From the NCBI RefSeq assembly GCF_009914755.1, contig NC_060936.1: 64,000 nt of DNA; one strand, 5' to 3'. Positions 41,586-57,189 of the stretch are shown here, piece after piece (position 1 is the stretch's first letter; each line of letters starts with the position of its first letter). A model generated the notes under the pieces. The model was not told the DNA's origin and made no database searches. It saw nothing but the letters and a program-made list of their open reading frames with translations. Source of the stretch: the human T2T-CHM13v2.0 reference genome, Homo sapiens. A program made the translations under genes and the position numbers.

Positions 41586-43013
41586 AACCATCATTTTAAA
41601 TATCCTCATGTAAAGTAATCTCAAGAATGAATAGATGTCAAAGGACAGGTTGACCAATTATTTGCTACTTTTAACTCCATACTACACTTCATGAAAGTTG
41701 ATGTAACTTAGTATTTTATTTTCAAGTTTACTTCCAACCTTTGTAAGAGCTCCTCTTCCTGTCTCCACACTTCCTTTAATTCTTTCTCATATGAATTTTC
41801 TTTGTCTAACGATGCGGTAGGCCACATATTTGTCATAGAATTCTTCCTCTTCTTGGGTGATAGAAATACTTTGGTCTTTTGTTGCACACCTCACTTTGGC
41901 TACAAGACCATTGCAACTTGATTCTTTGGAGCCAAGAAGGTGATGATGTCAGGAATTGAGGAATAGTAACTTTTAAGCAGCATTTAATATCAAACAGACT
42001 ATGGTAATTATTGTAAAACCACTTATTATTAAAACAATGTTATGTCAGTTTACACCAATGATCCCATCATCTGAATACAATTCGGATTACTTTATGGCCA
42101 TTTCTGATCTTTAATTCCATATGCATTTAAAGCTACATATCATTTATGTATGTTTAATATAGTAAATTGCATTTTTGTATGTATTTTTTAATATAGTAAA
42201 ATGACAATGGCCTCTGCCAATGCTTAGTGTTCTTTGGTATTACTGGAATTCAGACATACTTAGTACATGTTAAGGTACTGAAAAATAAGGTGGCAATATT
42301 TTACTAGGAAGCATGGCCAAATGGCCTTATTTTGTGATAGGAGAGACAGAAATGATGGGACTCTTGTAAAACTTTTAAAAAACTGTTTTAGTCTGATGTT
42401 GCTAGTTTCTTTATGATCTGCATTCCTTGGGGGAGCTTCTTTAGAGAACAGGGTTTTGTCCTACAGACCTCTTCTGACTTTAATGTTAAAAAGTTAATTA
42501 ATTTGTCCAAGATGGATCCTCAGTTTCCTTTTTTTGCGGATTCCTAGAAATACAAAGATTGCCAGAAATTTATTATTTACTGAATCTAAAAAGAAATACT
42601 GTTGGCTTTTTTGTTTTCAAATCATTATTAATATTTCCCAGCTATTAGGAATGTTGGGATCCCTTCTAAGCCAGACTCCAGCATATGTGGTAAATGAGAA
42701 ATTATCTTGATGCATTTTCTAAACCTTTATTGAAAACTGCTTTGGTGTTGGAACTGAGCTCAACATTAAAATAGATTGTTATAATAAAATGCTTCTTGGC
42801 TTCTTTCAGAACTTTGCACTAAAAGCTTTTTCCAGATGAATCACATGCCGAGGAAGAAAATTCCTTTTAATTTATGAATGGCAGTGGGTGGAGTCCCTAG
42901 CTGCTGATGTCCTTGGAGTTTGTCTAGTGTGTATTGGAAACTGGTATTGGCAATATTCGGTCCTCTGTGTGAATTTCAGTTAGTGAATGAGTTTTTTCTT
43001 TCTCAAAATAGAG

Positions 43014-44911
43014 CATCGGTTCTCAAAGTGTAGTCCATCGGAATCCTGGAGGTCTCCAAGATCCTTTCAATGGGTCCATAGGGTCAAAACTATTTTTATT
43101 GTAATATTAAGATGTTATTTTTTCACCGTGTTAACATTTGCAGTGGTTGTGCAGAAGCAATGGTGGGTAAAACTGCCTTTTGCCCAAATCAAGGCACTGG
43201 CACTCATTGTATTTCTTCAGAGTCAGGTACTTGAAGTCTTGATGAAGCAGTAATAAGTATTGATTTTATTGAAACTTCACTTTTTGAGTAAATTCCTTCT
43301 TAGAATTTTATGTAGTGAAGTGAGATGTGCACATAAACCACTTATGCTGCATACTAAAGCAAGATGGTTGTTGCAAACAAAAGCACTTGTTTGATGGCTT
43401 GGGTTGCAAACTACCTGCTTTCTTCAGCGAATACCCTTTTTACTTGAAAGAATGACTGGAAAACAAACTATGTTTGTTTTAGATATGGGGATTTCAGAGA
43501 CTTCTCTTGAAAATGAATAAAGTTAGCCAGCACTTTAAGGAAAACAACTAATGGTATTTACTATCAGAGGTAAAAAAATGTGCTTTTGAGTTGTGATGGT
43601 TAATATAGGTGTCAATTTGACTGGATTGAGGGATGCCTAGATGAAGCATCATGATTGGGCATTTGAGAGTGTGTATGCAGAGGAGATTGGCATGTGAGTC
43701 AGTGCACTGAGAGGAAGACCTGTCATCAGTGCCGACTGGCACCTCCAAAGGGCTAGGAGCAGAAAAAGTAGGCAGAAAAAGTGGGATTCTCATGCTCTCT
43801 TTACTCTCTCTCTCCCTTCCAGAGGAGGACACTTTTTCTCCTTCTGCCTTTGGACATAAGACTTCAGGTTCTTTGGCTTTTGAACTCTGGGACTTACTCG
43901 AGCAGCCTCCTGGGGGCTCTAGGACCTGAGTAGGGGCTGCACTGTTTACTTTCCTGGTGCTGAGGCTCCTGGACTTGGACTAAACCATACTACTTACTAG
44001 CTTGAGCCATGCTACCAGCTTCTGTGCTTCTCCAGCTTGCAGATGGCCTATGAAGGGACTTTCCTTCTGTGATCCTGTGAGCAAATTCCCCCTAATAAAT
44101 CCCCTTCCATGTATTCTACTGCTTATGTATCTCTGGAGAACCCTGACTGATACACAACTGAAAATGAGAATTTTGAAAAATCTGCACCCAAACCATGAAC
44201 TTCCTAGTACTTAAAGTCTTTTCTGACAATATAAGTTAGATATTAATGAATACAATTTTTTGATGTCATATAGGGAAATGGCTCATCATTTGGAAGATCT
44301 CAATAAACTAAGTGAATCAATAACTTAGAGATAATCAATGCACGATGTAAGAAAATCAGGCTTTAGAAAAGGATCCAATGTTTTAATGTAAACAGACACC
44401 AAAAGCTTATTTGATAAGGTTTTAGAGCCCAAATTGCAACTAATCTTCAAGTAATGATCATCTATCCATTTTTGGTGTAACATCAAAGAAAAATATCCAC
44501 AATTATCTGAAAGAGCAAGAAAATACCCCTCCCATTTCCAACTACATATCTGTGTGAGGCTGGATTTTCTTCGTGTATCTCAACCAAGACAACAAATTAC
44601 AATAGAATGAATGCAGAACAGATATGAGAATCTGGTTGTCATCAATTAAGCCAGACATTAAAGAAATTTGCAGAACAATGCTCATTGCTCTCTATATTTT
44701 TGGTTTGGTCTTGGAAACCATAATTTTTAAAATATAGATATTTGTGTTAATATGTAATGGTTGTATTATTATTTTTAATGAATTAAATATTTTTAAATTT
44801 TCTATTAAATCTCTAGTATGGTAAACGTTGCTAGATATGACACAATTTAGAGGTTCTCAATAATTTTTGGGAGTATAAAGGAAACTGAGAGAAAAAGTTT
44901 TGGAACTTCTG
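43014..44911 (+). mobile_element. Charlie1-family hAT transposon interrupted by MLT2
   Basis: Ends catcggttctcaaagtgt / aaaagttttggaacttctg. Transposase remnant ccatttccaactacatatctgtgtgaggctggattttct (PFPTTYLCEAGFS). Confidence 0.85.
43592..44154 (+). mobile_element. MLT2 (ERVL) solo LTR
   Basis: tgtgatggttaat...tgtcaatttgactgg ... ctctggagaaccctgactgataca. Confidence 0.88.
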
Positions 44912-46039
44912 CTGGTGGCTAATCTGCTTTTCAATTGGAGGCACTGGGGCATATTTTGAAACAGAAAACTAACAACAGATAGATACTTCCCCCCGGCATG
45001 CAAGTCAATTACTGTCATAAATGGTTCTTCAGATAAGATCCCAGGTCTTGAGCTCTTCCATCCACTTAGCAGTCACTGTATGGAATTCCCATGTGGTCAG
45101 AATTGAATTCTCAACTTCTGGCTCCTGTGGCAGTCTCTCAAACTTCTTTCATTTCCTCTGCAGAGTACAGCTAGGGCTCTTACGCCAAAGTGTGGAAGTT
45201 TACTTTGTAGTTCCTTTGCTTTGTACTTAATGCTGCTAATGTCCATGTTTAGGTTTCTTTTTCTGTTTTCTCTTTCTTCCTTTCTTTTCTTTCTTTCTCT
45301 TCTTTTCATTTTTCCTTCATGTCTTTATTTTTATTTTTCTCTTCTTTATAAAAAATGAGGCTCTCAGAGTGGTTGTAGAGTTATAATAGAAGAAATACCT
45401 TTATATTGTAAGCATAAGGTTAATATATTAATATTTCTTTCCTGAGAACATCACTCTACACCAGACAGTAAACCCTGTGATCCCAAGTAACTTAGTGAAG
45501 TCTCCAACTCTGACAATTATAAGACATATATTTTGAACATTGACTGGTACTATTCTTTGCAGAATGCATGAGGACCAAATCCACAAAATACACATGCTTG
45601 AAAATAAATCACTAACAATTTGGAAGCCCATGTCCAACAGAGTGAAAATGAGATTGCACAAGTATAATTTAAAAATTACTTTACAATCCAGTAGCAAATT
45701 CATGGTCATAATTAGTATCATGATCACTATTGTGATCATCATCATAGCTACCATGGATAAAAGGAAATTTTCAACTCACAGCCATTCATGCATGGAAGGC
45801 AGCAAAACTGAAAATCCTGTTGCATCCCAACTGGTTCTGACAAACTGAAGCTGAAAAAAAAAAAAAGCCATGAATTTTGAGTGACTTAAGATGCCATGCT
45901 GCTACTAATTCCATCCAAAAATTCTCCTGATTAATGAACATGGAAACTTGTTTTATCCAATCACATTCAGACTTACAAACTTGTCTCCTCCTTTTCAGGC
46001 CACTAGTATTCAATCTTTATTTAAGATAACACCATGAGC

Positions 46040-46077
46040 TCACACACACACACACACACACACATACACACACACAC
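46040..46077. repeat. (CA)n microsatellite
   Basis: CA run with one interruption. Confidence 0.93.
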
Positions 46078-46519
46078 CCTCCTCTGTTTTCTAGCGCTTA
46101 ATCAGCGTTTTGTCCCTCAGTGCAACTAGTCAATAAATGGCTTCATGGTGTGTTTTCCTTTCCCCGACAGGTTAATAAACTTGGATTGGGTCTCCTTTAA
46201 TTTCAGTTTTCTTTGTTTTATTCTTTGATAGCTGCTCACTAAGGGCAGGACTTGTTCTTAGTATTTTACATATAGTTTGAAATTTTAATTCTCACAAAAG
46301 CCTCTGATGTAGTCAGGTCACATGGTGGTGAAAATCACGAATTCAAACCAGAGTGTTTGAGTTCTGATCTTGCTCCCCTACCTGCAACTGCATGATCTTC
46401 TGCAAATGTTTTCACATCTCTGTGCCTATATTTATGTGTAAAATGGCAACAATAATGGAACCAAATTCTTGGCTTCTTGAACACAGCAAGGAAGACAACA
46501 CATAAAGACAATTAGAATG

Positions 46520-46850
<331 letters not shown>

Positions 46851-47410
46851 TCAGTACTAACTATTATGAACTCCATTTACAGATGAAAAATCTGAGACTT
46901 CCAGCAATTGAGGAATTTGTTTAAGGTCATAGCTAGTAAATGGTAGATCTTGGGTTTCTTCCAAGATTTATTTTATGGCAAAGCCTGTGCTAAAAAAAAA
47001 TTTTGTTTATAACCACTTTCTACAATGTTTCCTTTTGCTTTGTTGTATTATTTTTTAAGTGGTGTAGTCTTGCCTTCTCTTGTTTATGTTATTTCAGTCC
47101 TTTTTAATAATCTAGATGACAATATAATTCCTGTATTAACACATCATTCTTCACCAAAGGGTTCAATTATTTAAGTGACAAATACCACCCTCCTTACACA
47201 TTGTTTGTGCCTTGAAGAAATTTTTTTCTAATGAACATTCTTATTTTTCTGAAACTAAAATTTCACCTCTTTCAAAATATTCCTTTTGATGTATGTAGTT
47301 TCTACTGATAAGCATCTATTATTAATAAATAAGCAGTTATGTTGAAAACCAAAAAATGAACATCACTATAATTGCTGATGTTAAGGTAGATGAACTTTGT
47401 AATCAGTTAG

Positions 47411-47796
<386 letters not shown>

Positions 47797-48923
47797 TATC
47801 ATCATTTAAACATAAGTTTAAAAATATCAATTTTGAAATCATGCTAAGAAGCAATTTCCATGAGGAGACTGACATTAGAGATTCCTTCTTAAAGATCTAA
47901 TCTCCGAATGCACTGGCGAAGTGTTTAAAGGGAATATAAGTATGGATTTTTAAGGAATGGAAGCAATTATTATATCAACGACACATACACAATACATATA
48001 CCACACATACACACATACCTCCTGTCTTAGTCAGATTAAGGAAAGAATTAATGTGTATATCTTCTATTAAGAGCTACATGTACACTTTTTACCCAATGAA
48101 CAACTAATATATTTCAATTATTGATTAGTAAATTGTTTGGTTTCTGACTGTTATGTCAGTATCACAGATTTTTATTTTTATACTTTGCGTTTTACTTTCA
48201 CAAGAGATTTTTCTTCATGACTGATTATAAAAGGAATTATGAGCTATAAGGCAATTACAATGGAGAAAACATTTTCATTGAAAAAAGTTGTTTACTTAAC
48301 TGGACAACAGTAATTTTGGGTTTTAGTAAAGTTAATGAGATATTAGGTATTTTACACAATTAAAATTGTTTCTGTCCAATGATATTTCATAAATCGTGTG
48401 ATTTATAGCTCTAGATCACAGGCAAACACACTGGGAAACTGAGGCTTTATTTAAACAAAAGATACAGGCGGGATCAAGCTTGATGGCTAAAATAATAGAA
48501 TGTCTTGAAATTTAAACATATACCAATGTTCCTCATTTCTCTTTTTATAAATCTGAACATTGTCAAGCCATGGATTTGTTTTGCTCTTTTGTTGAAAGCT
48601 AGGACATAGAGAATATAGTCCCAAGTTGTGCTAGAGGCAAAGAAAGAGAGGAAACACAGGGTGGAGAAAAGAGCTGTGCCATGAGGTCAGGAAACCCGGG
48701 TTCCACTCAGTTCCACCCTGATCCTGACTTGCTATGTGACTTTAGGCGAGTTATTTTACATTACTTGATCTCCATTTTTTTGCCTATAAAATGCGAGTGG
48801 ATCAATGTCATTGAATACTTTTGAAAATCTATTGTATTCCCAAAATTCTGTACAGTTGAACTGCCATTTTTTTTCCTTTTTACACACTCCTGTTTGAATG
48901 GCATGTTCATTGAATATGTATAA

Positions 48924-49298
48924 TGCTATAGTTTAAATGTTTGTCCCCTTCAAAACTCATGTTGAAACTTAGCTGCCATTCTAATAGTATAAAGTATAAC
49001 CTTTAAGAGGTGTTTAGGTCATGAGAGCTCTGCCCTCATGAATGGACTAACGCTGTTATTATAAGAATGGGTTCTTTATCACAACAGTGAGCTCATCCTC
49101 TCTTGCTTTCTCTTGCTCTCTCTTTACCCCTCTATCATGTGATGGCTTCTGCCCTATTATGATATGGCAAAAAGGTCTTTGTCAGATGCTGTCACCTTCA
49201 TGTTGGACTTCTCAGCCTCCATAGCTGTGAGCTAATAAAATTTTGTTCATTATAAATTACCCAATCACTGTTATAGCAGCACAAAAAGGTTGAAGACA
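48924..49298 (+). mobile_element. MST-family MaLR solo LTR
   Basis: tgctatagtttaaatgtttgtcccc...ataaattaccca...tgttatagcagcacaaa...aagaca. Confidence 0.85.
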
Positions 49299-49329
49299 TA
49301 CACACACACACACACACAGATAAGTGTAC

Positions 49330-51965
49330 ACACATATATTTGCTTGTACTATGAGCTGAAAGGGCCTAGAAACAGTAACACCCTAAATCAATGAGCACAT
49401 TGGTGCCCAGATCTCAGTTTCCAGTGCCATTCTCCAATAAAAGGAGCCAGAACTTCTTAGATAAATGACTAATTTTAGGACTGATGCAGGAAATATGCAA
49501 TATCCATCTAGAGCATCTTCTATTACCAAAAAGAAAGAAAATGCTCAAAAACAATTATAGGAACTTTCCAAAGGGATACAGGACCAATATGAAAGGCCTC
49601 CTAATAGCCAATGCTAAAAAATTCTGAGCAATTAGTAGTATGCCATTGAATTATAACAGGAAATATAAAATAATTATGGTTGGCTCCATACTGATATAAA
49701 TAAATGTTTGAATAAATAAATAAATGGAGAAAGAGAGACAAATATTCCATAGAGAAGAATTTCAATCAATTTCTGTAGTTAACGACTGAACACATACACA
49801 ATTGTATACATACATACATAAGTAAATAAGTAGGAAATAATGGAATATCTCCAGTGCAGAAAAATTCTAAATAGTTTACATAGATACTCCCTTTTCAGGA
49901 AGTATCCACCACCTCTCTACCATTTAAGCATGGGCTATTCATAGTGATTTTCTTCAGTATGGAGTAAGGTAAAGGGATGAGTAACTTGATTATTTATTGT
50001 GGAGAAACTTGACAAATACTACCCTAGTCAGATGACTAAGATGAGAATCAACAGTGATAAGCATATTGATTGCATGTACCCTTCATGTAATACAATAAAA
50101 ATGGCACTTTACCTCTGTGATCTTTCTCCCCCCAAAACCATAAATCCAGTCTACTACTGAGAAAAATATCAGACAACTCCCAGTTGAGGGACATTGCACA
50201 TAATAGCTGACCTGCACCCCTCAAAACAGTCAAGGTCATCAAAAATAAGGAAAGACTAATGAATTATCACAGTTTAGAGAAGCCTAAAAAGGCAGGACAA
50301 CTCAATGCAATGTGGTATCCTGAATGGTATTCGAAGGAGAAAAATGACATGGTGCAGAAAAGGGAAATCTGAATAAAGTATGAGCTTTAATAATAATGTG
50401 TCAATATTGATTTATTAGTTGTGACAGATGCACCACACTAATGTAATATATTAGCAATAGAAGAAACCAAGTGTGGACTACGTGGGAAATCTTTTTACTC
50501 TCTTTGCAACCTTTGTAAATCAAAATATTTTCTAACATAAACGTATTTTAAACTATCCGGAAAAACAAAAGATCAAGAATAATGAAGGCAATCTTCAAAA
50601 AGAAAAACAAAAATGGAAGGATTTATGCTACCTGGCTTCGGCATTTATCATAAAGCTACTATACCTAAAACAGTATAATATTGGCAAAAGGACAAATAGA
50701 TCAATTAGATAGAATGAGGAGTCTACAAAGAGGCCCAACTTATATAGTCAAGTGATTTTCAACAAGAGCACCAAAGCAGCCTAATGGGGAAAGGAAAATC
50801 TCTTCAACAAATATGCTGGAATACTGGATTGAAAACAAACAAACAAACAAACTCTGCCCCTACCTCACATCATACACAAAAAAGTCAATTCTAATTGAAC
50901 AATATTCCTAAAGGTAATAACCTAAAAAATATAGCTAATGAACAAAAACTTAGAAAAATATATCTTTGCAGATTTGTGTCAGGCAAATATTTCTTAGAAA
51001 ACCCATAGTTGAATCATAAAATAAAAACCGACAAATAAGACTTCATCAGAATTTAAAACTTTGGCTCTTTGAAATATGCCACCAAATAAATAGACAAGTC
51101 ATAGATTTTGAGAAATTATGGGCAACACATATATAGGACAAAGGACTTGTTAACATGTGTGGAGAACTCCTTCAACTCCATGATAAAAAAGACAAAAACC
51201 CAATTTAAAAAATGGGCAAAAGACTAGAACATACACTATACAAAAAATATAATAAATGGCCAATAAACACATAACAAGATGCTAAATATCATTAGTCATT
51301 AGGGGAACTGAAATTAACACCATAATGATAAACCATTACATAAACACCAAACTGGCTAAAATTTAAAAGACTGACAATTACAAATGTCAAGAGAATTTGA
51401 ATTTAGTGGAATTTTTATACATATAAAATGGCACAACCAGTTTGTAAAACCATTTGTCAGTTACTTTAAAAGTTAGACATGCACCTACCCTATGACTCAA
51501 CATTTTCCCACTTAGGTAATTTATCCAAGATAACAGAAAACATGTCTATACAATTTTTGTAAATGAATGATTATGGCAGCTTTATTTATCATAGCCCCAA
51601 ACTGGAAACAACAAACATGTCTATAACCTTGTATATTCATACATGAAATACTGTTCACTCATAAAAAGGAGCAAACTACTGCTAAAACAGAATGGGTAAA
51701 TCTCAAAAATTTTCTGCCAAGGGAAAGAAGTCAAGAACAAAAAAGTTCATACCATGCTCTCCCATTTATATGAAACTCTACAAGATATGAAAAGTAATCT
51801 ATTGCAATAAAAATTACATCATTTGCTGCTTCTTGGGAGGTGCTATCTGAATAGAGAGAGGAGTGATGGAAATGTTCTGTGTCTTAATACACATTTTTCA
51901 AAACTGATTGAATGGTACACTTAGATACACATTTCTTGTATGTAAATTATACCTCAATTCTTAAA
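49330..51965 (+). mobile_element. Old L1M fragments (L1MC/MD-like 3' UTR, then L1ME/MB-like ORF2 end and 3' UTR)
   Basis: ggagaaacttgacaaatactacc, gaaaaatatcagacaactccc, gacttcatcagaatttaaaactt, aaatgggcaaaagac, tgtatgtaaattatacctcaat. Confidence 0.8.
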
Positions 51966-53030
51966 AGACCCCAGGGATATTTAGGGATGCTGTACACAAT
52001 TAGTAATAATAAATAATAGATAAATTTATTGAGTAATTATAATGTTCAAACATTGTTCTAAGTGTTTTTCTCATATTAACTCACTTAATCCTCACACTCA
52101 CTCTTTGGAGTTGAGACTATGAGTAAATTATGAAACTGAAAAATCAAACCTGGCTCCAGAGACCTCGCCTTTAATCAGTTTGTTGTATAGCCCTATGCAG
52201 AGAAATGTGCAAACATCAGAATCTTCATCTAAAATGGTACCTCCTCGTAGAACATTAAGGGCTCTTCCCCATTTGAGAGCGTCTAGCCTTCTGAGTAGCC
52301 TTCTTTTCTACTGTCATGGGCTTTACTTCTGCTTACCAAATTCAGGCACTTAATTCTGGAATATAATGGGACCACAGTTGTGATATAATTGGTGATTTAT
52401 TATTCATCATTTTTAATTGCTTTGGATAAATGAATGTTTGTGACAGGAGCCAAATATTGAGTTCAAACAAACCGATCTACCACCTTATGTTCTCTGTTTA
52501 CACAGAATTGAAATAATCTCAGAACTGAAATAACCTGGGGGTCCCAGGTGAAAAATGATAATGAAAAATTGAAATCATAAAAAGTTGCTAGTGGTAGTTC
52601 AACACAAATAGCATGGGGAATGAGGTATATTTTCAAAGACTAATTCATCAGGTAATTCTATAATGTGTTCCATGATACAGTTTTTTTCAGTTGAATATTT
52701 ACAGTCACCAAGGAAGCTCGTGTTTCTCCTGCCCACTGGTGCAGGTCACCCATCGGGTTACTGAGGCAATCCAAAGGAAAAGCGTGACAAAAATGAGTGA
52801 AAGTTGGAAGGACTAATATCCTGGGAAGGGGTCCAGAGTTCGTTCATACGAAAAATACTCTGCATCTCCTAAAACCCAGGGGAAAATTCAGATCAGGCCA
52901 CTCTTCAGCTCAGCATCGGTGTGTGGCCTTAAAGAGAGGCTGAGCTGGTATTTGAGAAGAATCAAATCATCCCCTTAGGAATCGCACTTCCTCTCTCCTG
53001 AAATACAGAAGTCACGTGGAAGAGTAAAAA

Positions 53031-53060
53031 GATAGAGTGAGACTCCGTCTCAAAAAAAAA
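53031..53060 (+). mobile_element. Very short Alu 3'-end fragment
   Basis: gatagagtgagactccgtctc followed by A9. Confidence 0.75.
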
Positions 53061-53877
53061 GACAAAATGTCATCCTGTTACAGAATGAATCCTGGTTTTA
53101 GCAGCTAGCTTTTGGCTGCTCTGTGAGGCAACACGGTTTTCAACATACACAGTAACGCTTATGCACTTAAGCAGAATAAAAGAACAGCAGGTCTTCATGG
53201 TATAAAAAAGGCACGAAGACTGGAGCCTGGCTCTCAAAAGAAAGTTGAAAAGGAAATCCATTTTCCCTGGTTAAGTGCTAAATAGACGTCATCAAATAAA
53301 AATAAATGAGCATCTTCAAGGACCTCAATGTTCTGAGGAAATGGCAATATAAAAGAAAATGCCTGGATTTGTCAAAGAAAAAAAAAGGCGGTGAGGGAGG
53401 ACATTCCCCAAGACAAACAATGGAGCAAGCAGAGATATACTGAAATAAGTAAAAAAAAAAAAAAAAAATCAGGAGGTGTTGAAGACAGAGCAATTACTTT
53501 TGGCACCAAAGAAGGGGAGTGCGAATAAGGAGTGAGGGGTCGGCTAGAAAAGTAGCTCATAAGCAGTTCAGCTAATGTGAATATATAATTCTACTATGTA
53601 GAGCTAGTAATTAGCATTTTATTTCCTTTGTGTGACCTTTGTGGATTTGTTACCAAGCAGCATATAATTTATATTGATATTTATCTGACTTTATTCCAAC
53701 AGATAAGAATAAGAAACATTACCATATCTTTTTAACAGATTTGGTTGCACAGGGAACAGGTATTTTTGAACAGTTACATGGACTTAAATCTTTTCCTAGG
53801 TTTTCGTTGTTGCGGTTTCAAGAATTTAATGCTATTTCCTATTCTTTTGTTATTTTCTTATTTTAAAAAATCCTCTT

Positions 53878-54193
<316 letters not shown>

Positions 54194-54631
54194 TTAGACT
54201 GTTAGGCCATTATCTGACCCCTTTCAGTCTTTATTGAATTAAATGCTCTCTTAGTGCAAACTTAGAGGTTAATCACAGAAAACTATAGAAAGTAGGTTGC
54301 TATTAGTTTCTCTGTATTCCTTCCTCCTTTCTCCAAGTGCCAATTCTGATATTCCTCAAGGACATGTAAAATCTACTCTTTCATTTATTACTAACAGAGA
54401 TGGGCCTTAAGGTCTAGAAATATCCCAGAACTTTTTTCTTTCATCAGTGTCTCTCTGTCTTGCTTCCAGATGTTTTTAGAAAGTAGATGTGGATGTAAAT
54501 GCTACTCTACCAAGAATAAAGCTGGAAATTAAAAGGAAATCATATTAATAATAAGAAAATGGAAAGTTAATTTATTTAGAAATAATACTAAATCAAATCT
54601 GATTATGATCCTGCTCTTTTTAATCCCCCAA

Positions 54632-55230
54632 GTGAGTAGTGAAGTATTTACTTAACCTTGCCCAAAGACAGGTCTGGCCTCTGCCCTCAGCTGTTGAGGT
54701 AATCTCTAAACTCTTGGAATATCATGCCTGATAACAGTGTTTTTGTTTATTAGGGGCTTGGGCCCAGCCAGATAGTTTAACAGTGTGATTTATGGTGAGG
54801 GATTTGGGGCCCATGGTACCAGCTTGACCTCTGGAGGGGCTGGAGACTTGGGTTAGCCACATGGAAAGCCAACCATGTCTATGTGATGAGCCCCAACAAA
54901 ACTCTGGACACCAAGACTCAGGTCAGCTTCCTTGGTTGGCAGTACTCCATGTGTATCATAACAAATATTACCCGAAAAGTTAGCACTGTCCATGACTCCA
55001 CTGGGAAGTGTGTGTGTGGATGTTTCTTGAACTCTGCCCTATGCACCTCTTCCCTTGGCTGATTTTAAGCTGTATCTTTTCACTGTAATAAGCTGCAACC
55101 AAGATTAACTGTTTTCTGTGGGTTCTGTGAATCCTTCTAGAGAATTATTAAAACTGAAGGTGATCTTGGGAACCCTAACTTGAAGTTGGTATCAGAAGTG
55201 AGAGTGGTCTTGAATGTCCCAGAATACACA
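54632..55230 (+). mobile_element. ERVL-class solo LTR (MER77/MER21 group)
   Basis: tatttacttaaccttgcccaaagac...aaaactctggacaccaag...ggtatcagaagtgagagtggtctt. Confidence 0.7.
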
Positions 55231-56349
55231 GTAAACCTATTCATATTTTATCTTTAACATGTTGGAGCCTAAGAACCACTGTTATTACTACTGGCTCTTA
55301 TAAATATGTGAAATGTATTCTAATTTGAACAGTTAGAGAAAGAGCAGGTAAAAATCTGTGTTAGCCAAAAAAAATAATTAAATTACCTTGGTCTGGATAT
55401 CCATCATGCTTTGCTGCAGATGGCAATGTTGTCATGATCCTCTGTTGATATTTCTCAGAGATGGTCTAAGTGTAGAATCTCTGCTTGCTTGTGATAAATC
55501 TGAATAATTTTTCTAAAGCATGAGTCAAAGATGGGACGTAGACTCTTTTGGTCTCTTGGCATGAGTATTATTTGATGAAAATTTCAGAGAGATGTAAAAA
55601 GATGACTTTGCATGGTACTGGGGATCAGAACATTAACTGACACATACTACTGATAAGACATTTAGCTTAACCCATCTGCCTTCTAAGAAATGTGACTATT
55701 TTCCATAAAATATCCTTTTTTTCCTAAAAACCAGCTAGGATATTTGTGTAGTTCTTAGGCAGGGGGTGGAAGTTATACTCTTTGCAATAACTTGATCTGA
55801 TGGAAAAGCTGAAAAACCCAAATTTCTGTGTCTATTTTTAAGATCCCAAGTTTCCAGGGAAAATATTGTGGGTGTCTTTCAATTTATTCAATAAAAAAGT
55901 AGACTTACAATGAAATAAATATAGCTCTTGTTGCTGCTGCACCCTTCTATAAGGTCTGCAGGCACTGGTTTTAGGAATCCTCTCTTGTATGGCTTATTGC
56001 CCACCCTCTTCCTACTCCCTTCAGTAATATGTTCTGTATGTTATCAGTAGGCTTTTGCCCACTCACCTGGCAGCACTTCTAATGTATCACTGAATAAGAA
56101 AGTTTAGTGCAAAGATGAATTCATTTATCCCTTCAGAATAGCACCTATTCTGCCTAGAACCTGGGTCTAAAATGTCAAATGTCAATTCCAATCATACAGG
56201 GATTTTCTCTCTCAGTCTCCCTCTTTTAGGAACCTAAAATTGTGAGTGATTAACATAGTTTCTGGAATATAATAGACAACAAAATTGTTATTGAATGAGT
56301 GAACAGAGACAAAGAGTCTGGATTAGAATCACAATAAGAAGGAAAAAGT

Positions 56350-56631
56350 GGCCAAGTGCGGTGGCTCATGTCTGTAATCCCAGCACTTTGGGAGGCCAAG
56401 GCGGGTGTGTCATTTGTGCTTAGGAGTTTGAGACCGCCTGGCCAACATGGCAAAACGCTGTCTGTACAAAAAATACAAAAAATTCTCATGGTGGGGCGTA
56501 CCTGTAGTCCCACCTACTTGGGAGGCTGAGGTGGGAGGATTGCTTGAACCCAGGAGGCGGAGGTTGCAGTTAGCTGAGATTGCACCACTGCACTCTGGCC
56601 TGGGTAAAACCCTGTCTCAAAAAAAAAAAAA
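56350..56631 (+). mobile_element. Alu element (old S/J)
   Basis: Dimer. TSD aggaaaaagt. Confidence 0.95.
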
Positions 56632-57189
56632 AGGAGGAAAAAGTACTCAAATTAGGTTATTGGAGGGGTCTATTTACAGATGAACTGTTCATGCACATGA
56701 ATTGGAAGGGGTCATAGATGTAACCCAAGGGATACTGCGGTAACCTCATGCACAGAGGAGCTATTTTCTGTCCTAGGTACAAAGGGAAAAGGTGAGGGAA
56801 TGGTTACCGCAAGCTGGAAGAAATTTTTGTTGAGAATGTTGCTTTAGGAGAGACAATGAAGAATCCAGATAGCTGAGGTCCCTTTCAGGGAATGAGCAGA
56901 GAAATAAATGCAAATGCCTTGGCATCACATCCCTCTCTTGCTCTAATTTACTCTTAAGATTCCCACTTGGAATCTAACCAAATTCATGAGAACCCGTGGT
57001 GAACACCAGAATGGCCAGTCTCTGGGGAAGGGTGCAGAGTAACCTAGAGGGGAAAAGGAGAGATATCTAGGAGGGAGTTTCCAGTGTGGACAGGGAGATG
57101 GGGCATACACAGGCACTTCCATATACAGCTTAATTAGAGCTATTCTGGGGGCAAGGACAGGGTGCTCCTGGATTCAGCAGACAAGATAC

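Noticed and set aside
45428-45848. Opposing 108-aa and 102-aa ORFs with hydrophobic Ile/Met stretches
   Set aside because: Produced by low-complexity (ATC/ATG)-rich sequence; no domain or splice support
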